Shown: piece by piece, positions 38,963-51,724 of the stretch
How positions within the stretch are numbered: position 1 is the stretch's first letter
How the letters are laid out: every line of letters begins with the position of its first letter
Assembly (NCBI GenBank): GCA_030390025.1
Contig: JASTWF010000363.1
Span: 372,001 to 436,000 of the forward strand
Reading direction: 5' to 3'
Origin: Squalus acanthias
Lineage: Eukaryota
DNA length: 64,000 nt
The notes under the pieces: generated by a model
Database searches by the model: none
Told to the model about the DNA's origin: nothing
What the model saw: only the letters and a program-made list of their open reading frames with translations
Program-made: the position numbers and the translations under genes

Positions 38963-40416
38963 CTACTCCGTTATTTTCATGCTTTCATCAAGTAAAGCCA
39001 TCTGCAGCATTTTTAATGCATTAAGTGCTTCAGAAGAAGTGCTCACACCTGCTGATGGGATTTCATCCACTGAGAATGACTGCTTGGAGCTATAGCCCTG
39101 GTCTGAATCTACATATCTCTCTTCTAGAGAAAGAGGAGAAGAGTGTGGATATCCAATAACTTCACTGTGCAAGGGACTTGGCCTGGGTGAATCTTGTGAA
39201 GACATTAAATCCTGAAGGAGCAGCATCTGCTGAAGCTCTTGAAGTCTCTTCTTTACATCATGAGAAATACTCGAGACCTGGTCACCGCCTGAATGCACAC
39301 CAATTTCATTCATTGTAATGTCGCCTTCGCAACTGTGCTGAGGAAAGTCCCCGATATCATTCCTCATAATCCAACCCTTCTGCAACAGTGGCTCCTGTTC
39401 TGCCTTAGGAGGAGACTCAAAGCTGGGACAGTTTAACACACTCTGACTACAGCCTGACATTGACGTGCAGTACAATGGCTCCAGGGTGTATATCGGGTTG
39501 AGCACCTGTGCTTCCTTGCAGTCTACTCCAATCATATTTTGTGACAAACTGATGTCTTGGATTCTATGCTCAAATCCCACTGGACACCTCATAAGTGTCT
39601 CATCACTTGATGTGGCCATGTACATTTTATTCACAGTACAGGGCACATCAGCAAGGGGCTTGAACTGCACAATGTTTTGGCTAATTGATAGATCACAAGG
39701 TACTTTAGTCCAGTCCGGCTCAGTCCCTGCTTCCTCAGGGAAGGAAATACATTCTTTCTCAAACCAGTCGGGCTGCTCCATTTGCAACAGCTTAAACTTC
39801 TGAACTGCATTTTTCAGCATTTTACCTGATGGGTGTTTGTGGTAATCGTCCATTGTTATTCCTGCCACGCGGTAAGTTTTTCCTGGTTCATATTTCTCCA
39901 AGTCCTGCACTCGGAAGTGTATTTCCTCAAACTGTTTCATCAGTTTGTACTTCACGCCGACATTAAATGGATCAGGTACGTCTCTTGCACTGCAGATGCC
40001 ATCAAAATATGCAACAATATATTTCCCAAACGAAGCCGGTCGTTTAAAGTCTGGCAAAATTATGTTCATGGCGAGAGTGAACATGTCATGCATTGGTGAG
40101 CATTCATCACTTTTCAGCAAAATCTGGCTCTGTCCGACCCGCAGCATAGCTTCCCACTTCACCCTCGTCCCACGGGAGCATAAGATTATAATCTTGTCCG
40201 ACTCAATTTTGTGCAATGTGAGCCAATTGATGTGCCCGACTTCTGCAACCTTGTTACTCTGTAAATAATCTAAGGTTACTTCGGTACCACAGGCAGTCAT
40301 CAGGAACTGTGCAAACGCTAGGACGACATTCTTGTAGAGATCGTGGTCCAGTGAATAAATGATTAGAACTTTCTTTTTCACCTGTGGAAGTTCTGGGTGT
40401 ACAACTGTTGGTTCAT
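38963..40416 (-). CDS. IL17RA: IL17RA terminal coding exon (SEFIR/TILL and distal cytoplasmic tail)
   Basis: Acceptor ttgcag; KVLIIYSLDH, FAQFLMTACGTEV, KIIILCSRGT, DMFTLAMNIILPDFKRPASFGKYIVAYF, PDWFEKE, SDQGY; ends in a stop codon. Confidence 0.95.
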
Positions 40417-40671
40417 CTGCAACAAATTAGATTGTTTTTATTTAACTGGATGAAACTGAGAAACAAATATTTTCAACCGGACAGGTCTTTGATGAGTGAA
40501 CTCATTGCAGCCAGTCAGAGAGAGGGAGGGAGGGGCATGATGATAAATTTGGCCGAATTCTATTCAGTGACCACTGCCAAATACGCATGTGGACTAGGGT
40601 AGCCAACTATGGTTGGAGGCATTCCTGGAGGTTTGATCACATGACGCCTGCAAATGTTACTGCATTTACTT

Positions 40672-41652
40672 TGGCCCTGAATTCGTGGTCGGTATGACTG
40701 CGTACTCTGAGTACGCCGTCATACCGCATACCGAGTACGCCGTCATACCGCATTTGAAACTGACCACAAGTTAGCATGCGCTAAATCCCGAACTTGCGAT
40801 CTGTCAAGTTCCGAATAGCCATATGATCCGCTGCGACTTTCAAGTCCTCATTCAAATGATGTGCTAGTGAAAAGTTAGGGCTAATTGCCCACCAACTGTG
40901 CATTAATTACCCTGAAAATTTTCATGGCTGGTGCAAACAGGCGTAGGAGCCTGTTGCACGGCATTTGGGGGGTGGGGGGTGATGAAGATTGTATGCTACA
41001 GCCCATAAAAAGCATCCTAATTGAGTTTTATGGTCCCTAAACACATGCCAGAAACATTTAACCATCTGCTAAAGTAATTACTTCAATATCTATGCATTTA
41101 GGTTAAACTGTGGAAATCAAAATAACTTCAATTTACTGTGTTAGGTAAAACTGCAGACTTGTTCATCTTAACAGTCCTTTTTATTTAAAATGAGAGTTTT
41201 TTTTTAATAGTCAGCAATTAACAAAAGGCATATAATTTGCATTCACAAATCAATTCACTTTAGTGATTCACAATGCACATTATTAAATGAAAATATGAAT
41301 GTGTAATATCATGCAGAAAGTCATACATACCCACAAAATAAGAAAAGGGTCTTCAGTAATCTATTAGAGACAGCAGGGGCAATTTGATGGACTTTCAATC
41401 ATTCCCTCTTAATGCTGTTCCATTGGAGATTTCTGCATTTCCTGATTGGCTAAGAGTCAGGAAGTGAAACTAGCACCACCCCACATGATCCCAGGTACAC
41501 TTACGCACAACGGTGCGCCCCTGGGATCAGTGGGCCACTCCGCAGCATTTCAAAGCAACTTCTCGAAGGGGAGTTCGGAGGTAAGTGTGGATTCCGTTCG
41601 GAGGTCGGCGGTGTACTCCTTAGCTACGCCACTGACCTCAAATTCGGGGCCT
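40672..41652. mobile_element. GGCC..AATT-ended element related to 6005-6783
   Basis: tggccctgaattcgtggtc ... gacctcaaattcggggcc; 18-bp-arm subterminal hairpin whose right arm is tandemly duplicated. Confidence 0.65.
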
Positions 41653-42017
41653 TAATAAAGATTGGGATCCATGTAATCGAGTATCTTTAGGCGTGGTTTT
41701 GCGCCAGCAGTTTTGAGAAACTGAATGCGAGGGAATGATTGAAAGGTGTTTTGTACAGGTATACAGATAGTAGTAAGTGGTAAAATTCAGAACACTACTT
41801 GAAATTAAAACAGGACAGGGACAATGGTTCAAACTAGTGGAAGCCAAATTGAAGATTGACATCAGGAAGTTCTTCTCACGGAGTGATCAACAAGTGAATG
41901 GTATTCTGGAATCATTAAGATGGGCTGAATGGCTTTTCTCATCTGTATCTACGCTGTAATCTTGGAGGGTTGGGCTGGGCGAGCAAATCATTGTCACAAA
42001 GACATGTCCTACTGATC

Positions 42018-42098
42018 CTGACGAAGGAGCAGCGCTCCGAAAGCTTGTGATTTCAAATAAAGCTGTTGGACTATAACCTGGTGTTGTGCGATTTCTCA
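42018..42098 (+). mobile_element. 81-bp PLE family 2 insertion that starts at a canonical hammerhead core
   Basis: CTGACGA-a-ggagc-agc-gctcc-GAAA-gcTT-gtga; 9-bp TSD ctactgatc at 42009-42017 and 42099-42107. Confidence 0.85.
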
Positions 42099-42584
42099 CT
42101 ACTGATCTATGGCACAGTGTGAAAAAGCACTGATACACTGCACGTTTACCTGGTACAAAGATTTTAAGTAAATACGGGTCAACTGCACACAAGGAATCAA
42201 AAATCAAGTGGGGCCTTCATATAAAGTGGGGTTAGAGGGCAGGAGGATATTTGGACCAGGGCATGCAAACATCAGTTACCATTTTAGAGTCAACATTCTG
42301 TCCTTATTTTTATATTTTCATTATAAATTCCTACATCCACATTTATAATGGAACTGCCTTTGTCACATTGTAATTACACCCTCCTGCCAGTGATGGTGCG
42401 AAGTCACCTCTACTGGAAGGAAAGTGTAAGCATGAAAGCATGACAAGTTTACATAAGGCAGTTTGAATTATACATACATAACATAGGAATTCATAAATAC
42501 TGACATGAAGTACACACAAATGTAACCTTTTTAATACATTCACACACACGTGTATGAGATAGATGGATAGTTTGGCTAACTTAC

Positions 42585-42608
42585 CATTCGATAGTGGGGG
42601 TTTCCAAT
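42585..42608 (-). CDS. IL17RA: IL17RA 24-nt juxtamembrane micro-exon (DWKPPLSN)
   Basis: ctttctttgtcttttag acceptor, gtaagt donor; phase 1-1, fitting both neighbours. Confidence 0.75.
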
Positions 42609-42733
42609 CTAAAAGACAAAGAAAGATAGTATTAATGTCAAGAATTGTAAACCATCAGTGAGAATAGCTATTCTTTATAACAAGCAGAATGCTGAGATCA
42701 GTGACCCCAAAAGGAATTTATCTCGCTCTTTCT

Positions 42734-45656
42734 CACCCCCTTCCTCTTGCCCGCCAAGCCAAACCTCTTGCTATTTTCTCTTCTATCTCCCTATGCCCTC
42801 TACATGTTCTGCTCTGACCCCATTCCAAAAAAGCTGCTGACCAGTCAACTTCACTCTCTGTCCTCCATGCTAGCTGACGTTGTAAATGGTTCCCTCTCCT
42901 TGGATACTGTCCTTTCACTTCACTTTCAAAATTGCCGACACCTCCCAATCCCCCCCCCCCCCACCCCCGTGCCCATCTTTCCTGCAACTCGAATGTACTC
43001 TGGGTGGGGGACTTCAACGTCCATCACCAAGAGTGGCTCGGTAGCACCACTACTGACCGAGCTGGCCAAGTCCTGAAGGACATAACTGCCAGTCTGGGCC
43101 TGTGACAGGTGGTGAGAGAATCAACATGAGGGAAAAACTTACTTGACCTCGTCCTCACCAATCTACATGTCACAGATGCATCTGTCCATGACCGTATTGG
43201 TAGCAGTGACCACCGCACAGTCATTGTGGAGACGAAGTCCCGTCTTCACACTGAGGACACCCTCCATCGTGTTGTGAGGCACTACCACCGTGCTAAATGG
43301 GATAGATTCTGAACAGATCTAGCAGCTCAAAACTGGGCATCCATGAGGCGCTGTGGGCCATCAGCAGCAGCAGAATTGTATTCCACCACAATCTGTAACC
43401 TCATGGCCTGGCATATCCCTCACTCTACCATTACCACCAAGCCAGGGGACCAACCCTGGTTCAAAAAGGAGTGTAGAAGAGCATGCCAGGAGCAGCACCA
43501 GGTGTACCTAAAAATGAGGTGCCAACCTGGGGAAGCTGCAACACAGGACTACATGCATGCTAAAAAGCAGAAGCAGCATTCTATAGACAGGGCTAAGCGA
43601 TCCCACCATCAACGGATCAGATCAAAGCTCTGCAGTCCTGCCACATCCAGTCATGAATGGTGGTGGACCATTAAACAACTAACGGGAGGAGGTTCCATGA
43701 ATATCCCCATCCTCAATGATGGTGGAGCCCAGCACGTGAGAGCAAAAGACAAGGCTTGAAGCGTTTGCAACCATCTTCAGCCAGAAGTGCCGAGTGGATG
43801 ATCCATATCGGCCTCCTACTGAGGTCCCCACCATCACAGAAGCCAGTCTTCAGCCAATTCGATTCACTCCACGTGATATCAAGAAATGGCTGAGTGCACC
43901 AGATAAAGCAAAGGCTATGGGGCCTCGACAACATCCCAGCTATCGTGCTGAAGACTTGTACTCCAGAACTAGCCACGCTTCTAGCCAAGCTGTTACAGTA
44001 CAGCTACGACACTGGCATCTATCCGACAATGTGGAAAACTGCCCAGGTATGTCCTGTCCACAAAAAGCAGGACAAATCCAATCCGGCCAATTACCGCCCC
44101 ATCAGTCTACTCTCAATCATCAGCAAAGTGATGGAAGGTGTCGCTGCAGGAGTTCCTCAGGGCAGTGTCCTAGGCCCAACCATCTTCAGCTGCTTTTTAA
44201 AAAATTTGTTTATGGGATGTGGGCGTCGCTGGCAAGGCCAGCATTTATTGCCCATCCCTAGTTGCCCTCGAGAAGGTGGTGGTGAGCCGGCTTCTTGAAC
44301 CGCTGCAGTCCGTGTGGTGAAGGTACTCCCACAGTGCTGTTAGGGAGGGAGTTTCAGGATTTTGACCCAGCGACGATGAAGGATCGGCGATTTTCATCGA
44401 AGTCAAGATGGTGTGTGACTTGGAGGTGATGGTGTTCCCATGCACCTGCTGCCCTTGTCCTTCTAGGTGGAAGAGGTCGCGGGTTTGGGAGGTGCTGCCG
44501 AAGAAGCCTTGGCGAGTTGCTGCAGTGCATCTTGTAGATGGTTCACACTGCAGCCACGGTATGCCGGTGGTGGAGGGAGTGAATGTTTAAGGTGGTGGAT
44601 GGGGTGCCAATTAAGTGGGCTGCTTTGTCCTGGATGGTGTCGAGCTTCTTGAGTGCAGTCATCAGCAAACATCTGTCAAATGCTGCCTTGATGTCAAGGA
44701 CAGTCACTCTCACCTCACTCCCTGCTTCATCAATGACCTTCCCTCCATCATAAGGTCAGAAATGGGGATGTTCGCTGATGACTGCAGTGTTCAGTGCCAT
44801 TCACAACTCCTCAGATAATGAAGCAGTCCATGCCCTCATGCAACAAGACCTGGATGACGTTCAGGCTTGGGCTAAGTGGCAGGTAACATTGGCGCCACAG
44901 AAGTGCCAGGCAATTACGATCTCCAACAAGCGAGAGTCTAACCACCTCCCCATGACATTCAACGGCATTACCTTCGCCGAATCCCCCACCATCAACATCC
45001 TGGGGGTCACCATTGACCAGAAACGTAACTGGACCAGCCACATAAATACTGTGGCAACAAGAGCAAGTCAGAGGCTAGGTATTCTGCGGCGAGTGTCTCA
45101 CCTCCTGACTCCCCAAAGCCTTTCCACCATCTACAAGGCACAAGTAAGGAGTGTGATGGAATACTCGCCACTTGCCTGGATGAGTGCAGCTCCAACAACA
45201 CAAGAAGCTCGACACCATCCAGGACAAAGCATCCCGCTTGATTGGCACCCCATCCAACCAACATTCACTCCCTCCACTACTGTGGCTGCAGAGTGAACCA
45301 TCTCCAAGATGCACTGCAGCAACTCGCCAAGGCTTCTTCGGCAACACCTCCCAAACCCGCGACCTCTACCACCTAGAAGGACAAGGGCAGCAGGCGCATG
45401 GGAACATCACCACCTCCAAGTTCTCCTCCAAATCACACACCATCCTGACTTGGAAGTATATTGCCGATCCTTCATCGTTGCTGGGTCAAAATCTTGGAAC
45501 TCCCTCCCTAACAGCACTGTGGGAGTACCCTCACCACACAGACTGCAGCGGTTGAAGGCGGTGGCTCACCACCACCTTCTCAAGGGCAACTAGTGATGGG
45601 CAATAAATGCTGGCCTTGCCAGCAATGCCCGCATCACATGAATGAATAAAAAAAAA
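42734..45656 (+). mobile_element. Rearranged inverted duplicate of the L2 flank plus LINE-B at 52961-55692
   Basis: Same L2/LINE junction cctgcaactc|gaatgtactc, shared substitutions, internal inverted pieces at 44196-44721. Confidence 0.85.
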
Positions 45657-46879
45657 CATTTACTTGATCCCATAGTCTGGGGTGACCCGACAGTTTGTCA
45701 GATAGAGACACTGATTTAGAAGTAACTGATGTAAATGACAAGTTTAAGCGGCAAGCAGCTTATGTGTAACTACTGGTTGTACCATAACCCAATACCAACC
45801 TATCATTTGAAGGTACTTTAGCCCACCCACCACCCCCCAGCTTGCGAGTCCTGGTCTCAACAATTTAAGTCATTCAATGAAATGCAATCATATTACAGAA
45901 ATACAATCATGGTTCAAAGCCATTAAGTAATCAGTTCTCAAAGTATGTAGAGAATTAATTTGTATGGTGTGGTGTGACTGGTGATTAAGGCTGAAAGAAT
46001 ACCAGACAGAAACAAAAATCATAAAAGTCAGCCCACACCACTCTCACCTTCCTGCAGCCGATCAGCTTGCTTTAGGTTTTTTTTGTATATTAAAACAATG
46101 TTTTCACATTACATTAGATTTTTCTGTATTTATTACTTGTCTATCCTTCTCCTCACACATGCTCAATGAAAGACCCTGGTCAAGAGGGCAGACCTGCTGT
46201 AGCTGATCAGCAAAAGTTTGGAAAAGCTGGCCCGGGTGACTCTCCTCATTTGCATGAAAAAGCATCCGACCTCCACCAACTCCTTTGCACCAACTGAGGC
46301 CAGCAACACGCTAATGGATCATAAGGGAGACAAATGCACATGGAGTTTTCTACAGTGACAATGTGAACCAGTGTTCCAGCTTTGTCAGCTGACTTATTCA
46401 GACACCATTTCGTAAGTCGTTTTCCTCCCACCTCAAGGTCCTCCTCCCACCCCCCCCCCCCCCAAACATATGGGGGTGTGTACCACGGCCAGGGTACTGG
46501 CTGCGTTGCTCGATCTGCTAGAAGGTGAACCAGAGTAATGAACATTTCATCCTTCCCTCAACATTCCCCTCCATCAAATTTTTCCTGCACTGCTGGACAC
46601 GGAGGTCCCCCATGCAGTATTTCCTGGATTTCAGGTGTACCATTGGGTAGGGGCCAAGTGGACATGGGGGACGGGGATTGGGGGTGGAGAGAAGACAAGG
46701 GTTGTAGTCCTGGACGGCCATCCCACAACTGTAAACAACCAGGAGCAGGAACTCAACTAAACTTTTCAGCCAAGATAAAGTGCACAGCCTGGGGAGACCT
46801 GGGAGAGGAGAAGCGTCATGACAATAAAAAACAAGAAAGAAATTTAAAAATTCTTGGATTAGATCAGACCATTCCTTAC

Positions 46880-46996
46880 CTTTAGGTTTGGATTTTATCT
46901 GTATCCAAACTATACAACCAAAGGCAATAATCAAAACCAAAACCAGAACCAGAACACCAATGGCAGCATAAAAACCGGTTCTCTCAGCTGGTGGTC
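46880..46996 (-). CDS. IL17RA: IL17RA transmembrane exon (117 nt)
   Basis: ttgcag acceptor, gtaagg donor; GPPAERTGFYAAIGVLVLVLVLIIAFGCIVWIQIKSKPK; phase 1-1. Confidence 0.88.
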
Positions 46997-48624
46997 CTGC
47001 AATTGACAGAACAGAGATTAAACTTTCAAAGTAACACTATGGATAAAACTCTGCAACTAACACTGCCCTGCTAACATTTAGAGCATGTCCTTCAGTGCAT
47101 GGCATATCTCAAAGTAGTTCCCACATTGAAGCAGCTTTACTGCACCACCTACCTGTCGAGGTGGGATCATAGCATGCAGAGAATGTAGACTATCTGACCA
47201 AGGCAGGTAATCTTGCATTTTGTCTTGGGATTTCTGCACTATACTAAGCAAGCAGCTCTGAGGAGCTGCAAATCTCTTTTGTATGTTTAGGATAATACAG
47301 CAGAAATCTCAGGACACCCCAGGTCTAACCAATATGACAGCTGGCAAAAACAATAGGACAACAATTTCTTATGGCAAATGAAATTGGGAAGTGACCTTGA
47401 GTAGGAATTCTGGGCGAGTCTGAAGAAGTAAATCAGGATGCCAAATAAAGATTGATTCACAATCAGAGGGAATTCAATGACTTTGCAGGCTGAAACTAAG
47501 GACATTAACAAAGCAGTTTTACCATAAAAGAAAGTACAAATTGCAACTTTGCATGTGTAACAGCAAATTAAAATGGCAGTAAAATGGGGCCAACAAGGAC
47601 TTGGCTGGACTATGCTTCCAGCTAAATGGTTTGAACTGAGAGATTCCCTAACAAACTGGAAATCAAAGGGTCCATTGAAATGGCTGCAACATTGTCCCAA
47701 ATAGAAGTTGATTTTAAACTAACTTCAGTCAAATATTGGAAGCATTAAAAAAAATATTAAACATGTAGCATGGTTAACCCACTCCATAGAACACAGTGAA
47801 GACTTCCTCCATTTTGTATCATATGCCTCGACAGCGCATATGACTAAAGTATCAACCATGTAAGAGACACTGATTCAGGAGATGACATCTTTCAATAGCC
47901 AGACTGTCAAGTGGAATATGTCTGGATTGGGATAAAATATCTGACCTCAGGTAAGAGAGGTCAATCCTGTGATGTAGTCGAAGAGTATCTCTAGGGAGGC
48001 CTGGATGTCAGAAAATCATAGCTTGCTTGGCCAATATTAGGTTAACAGGATGATTTTGTGCCTACTCTGAAGAAGCCATCTGAGAGTCAAGGAAATGGAG
48101 CAAATGTGTACGTAATGTTTTGTGCCCACAAGAGGCAAATACCATCAGCCAAATTGGTTCTGGAATGATATTTTTCCAGAAAGATGAATTTGTCTATATC
48201 TGAAGACCCCCAGGTCTGGAATATCGGATAGATCATCTCCATGTGGAACTTCCGCTCGTGTGGGTGGACAGTGAGATGACTGATTCATTTGCTCTTCCTG
48301 TTAGATGCTGAGCTGAGAGTTTCACTCGGTTGCTCAGATAACAGGTCTCGAATGTCTATTGTTGTCAACAGGGCAATGGTGATACTAGTTTCTATCAGGT
48401 CCAGCTTGTGGCTAGTGCTTGGATTAGTTAACTTGAGACCGACACTGGAGGTTCCAGATTGGAGCCAGTAGCAGTAACAATATTGATCCCTGTGCCCAGG
48501 AATTTTAGTCGACCTGCAGTGCCCAAGGATACCAAGACATTGCTTTCATCAGGCAGTACCAGTGAGATGCCATTGGTACTCAGGGCCAAATAGGTCTTGG
48601 CACCGGAAAATTCCAATCAGAGCT

Positions 48625-51120
48625 CTAGCTGGTAATTCTATTTGGCTAGAATTAAGGAACAATAGAGGAGCTATTACACTGATGGGTGTACACTATAGGC
48701 TACCAAATAGTGGGAAGGAGATAGAGGAGCAGATTTGTCAGGGGACTTCGAATATCCTAATATAGACTGGGAAAATAAAAAAGTGTAAAAGGCAAAGCAG
48801 GGGAGGAATTCCTGAAATGTGTACAAGAGAAGTTTCTTGATCAGTATGTTTCCAGCTCTACAAAGGAGGCGGCAGTGCTGGATCTAGTTCTGGGGAATGA
48901 AGAGGGGCAAGTGGAGCATGTTTCAGTGGGACAGCATTTGGAAAACAGTGATCACTATCATTAGGTTTAGAGTAGTTATGGAAAAGGAAAAATCAAATGT
49001 TAAAATACTCAATTGGAGGAGGGCTAATTTCAGTGAGTTGAAATGAGATCTGGCCAGGTGGACTGGAATCAAAGGTAGGCAGGTAAAACAGTTAATGAGC
49101 AGTGGGAGGCCTTCAAAGAGGAGATAATTCGGGTACAGACGAGGCACATTCCCACGAGGGGTAAGGAAGGGAATCCAAAGCTATAGCACCCTGGATGAAT
49201 AAAGATATAGAGATTAAAATGAACCAGAAAAAGGTTTATGATAAATGTTGGGTTCATAATTCAGTAGAGAACCAAGCTGAATACAAAAAGTACAGGGGAG
49301 AACTGAAAAAGGAAATAAGAGGGGCAAAGAGAGTGTATGAGAATAGACTAGTGGATAATGTAAAAGGGAGCCCAAAAGTCTTTTAAAAACATACAAATAG
49401 TAAAAGGGTAGTCAAAGAAAGGGTGGGGCCGATTAGGAACCAAAAAGGAGATCAACTTGTGGAGGCAGAGGGCATGGTTTGCATCTGACTTCACTAAAGA
49501 GGATGCTGCCACTGTCACAGTAAAGGAGGAGGTAGTAGAAAAATTGGATAGGATGAAAATCAATAGAGAGGAGGTACTTAAAGGTTGGCAGTGCTCAAAG
49601 TAGAAAAGTCACCCGGTCCAGATAGGATGTATCCTAGGTTGCGGAGGGAAGTAAGGTTGGAAATTGTGGAGGCTCTGGCCACAATCTTCCAATCTTCCTT
49701 AGATATGGGAGTTGTGCCAGAAGACTGGAGGATTGTATATGATACACCTCTGTTCAAAAAAAGGGGAGAAGGATAAACCCAGCAACTGCAGACCAGTCAG
49801 CCTAACGTTGGTGGTGGCGAAGCTTTTAGAGACGTTAATCCAGGACAAAATTAATTTGCACTTGGAAAAATATGGGTTAATAAATGAAAGTAAGCACAGG
49901 TTTGTTAAAGGCAAGTCGTGTTTGACTAAATTGATTGAGTTCTTTGATGAAGTAACGGAGAGGGTTGTGAGGGTAGTGCGGTTGATGTGTATATGGACTT
50001 TCAAACGGTGTATGATAAAATACTGCATCATTGACTTGTTAAAATTGAAGCCCATGGGATTGAAGGGGCAGTGGCTGCATGGATATGAAATTGGTTAAGG
50101 GACAGAAGGCAAAGAACAGCGGTGAACGGTTGTTTTTCAGACTGGAGGGAAGTGTGTAGGGGTGTTACCCCCAGCGGTTGGTATTAGGACTAATGCTCTT
50201 TTTGATATATATTAATGACCTGGACTTGGGTATATAGGGCATAATTTCAAAGTTTGCAGATGACAAGAAACTCAAATGTAGTAAACAGTGAGGAGGATAG
50301 CAACAGACTTCAGGAAGACAGACTAGTGAAATGGGCAGACACATGGCAGATGAAATTTAATGCAGAGCAGTATGAAGTGATTCATTTTGGTATGAAGAAT
50401 GAGGAGGGACAATATAAACTAATGGTACAATGTTAAAGGGGGTGCAGGAACAAAGAGACCCAACGTGTATGTACACAAGTCTTTGAAGGCGGCAGGACAA
50501 GTTGAGAAGGCTGTTAAAAAGGCATACGGGATCCTTGGGTTTATAAATAGAGGCATAGAGTACAAAAGCGAGGAAGTTATGCTAAACCTTTATAAAACGC
50601 TAGAGTATTGTGTCCAATTCTGGCACCACACTTTAGGAAGGATGTCAAGGCCTTAGAGAGGGTGCAGAGGAGATTTACTAGAATGGTATAAGACTTTAGT
50701 TACGTGGAGAGACTGGAGAAACTGGGGTTGTTCTCCTTACAGCAGAGAAGGTTAAATGGAGATTTGATAGAGGTGTTCAAAATCATGAAGGGTTTTGATA
50801 GAGTAAAGAAGAAACTGTTTCCAATGGCAGATGGATTGGTAACCAGAGGACACAGATTTAAGGTAAATGGCAAAAGAACCAGAGGCAACACGAGGGGGGA
50901 AAAAATTATGTAGCGAGTTATGATCTGAATGCACTGCCTGAAAGGATGGTGGAAGCAGATTCAATAATAAAAAGGAATTGGGTAAATACTTGAAGTGGAA
51001 AAATTGGCAGGGCTATGGGGAAAAGAGCAGAGGAGTGGGACTAATTAGAAATCTCGTTGAAGTGCCGGCACAAGCATGATGGGCTGAATGGCCTCCTTCT
51101 GTGCTGTATCATTCTATGAT
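48625..51120 (+). mobile_element. Degenerate CR1 (APE to 3'UTR)
   Basis: IWLELRN, KSPGPD, RPVSLT, KSCLTKLIEFF, RRLNGDLIEVFK; tail attctatgat. Confidence 0.9.
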
Positions 51121-51498
51121 TGTAGTGCTAATTATCCTTGTGCATTGTATTGGAGAACCCAAAGAACTGGTGTGGGCATTACGGTCATCATTTAATGACC
51201 AGGCAATGTGTACTTTTCCAAGCCCATCTGTTACTGTCTTCACTATACTTAAAGCCCTTCAAAGGGATTGAGGCAGCATGCACACACTAAAGTTTCGTGC
51301 TCAATAAGTAGAGCAACTTGTAAAGGAAGAGACTGAAACCAAGACAGTGATGTTAAAGGCTGAGAGTAATTGAAACCTGCTGCACAGTTGGATATCTGGA
51401 AACATAAGTTTGATTACCTCACAAACAGGAAAAGTGATAAGATTACACCCACTCATTCAATGCTATAAACATCAAAACAGGAATTCTTTTCAACCCAC

Positions 51499-51537
51499 CT
51501 GGAGTTGATGTTGGCGGCGGTTCTTCTGGTTTTTGTT
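51499..51537 (-). CDS. IL17RA: IL17RA 39-nt proline-rich stalk exon (EQKPEEPPPTSTP)
   Basis: cctctttccgtatcag acceptor, gtgggt donor; phase 1-1. Confidence 0.72.
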
Positions 51538-51724
51538 CTGATACGGAAAGAGGTATAATCCAAACAGTATTAGAAACATACAAAAAAAAACATAAGATTG
51601 GGCAGCACAGCCAGAACAGTCCTTTCACCTACAGGACCAGGGCTTGAATCTGACGCAGACTGATGGGCTGAAAGTCTCACTCTGCTAGCTATAAGGAGTC
51701 AGTGTGACATGAGTTGGGGACAGT

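Noticed and set aside
46040..46085. Extra IL17RA exon ending at a gtgaga donor
   Set aside because: No polypyrimidine acceptor, and the frame is complete without it.
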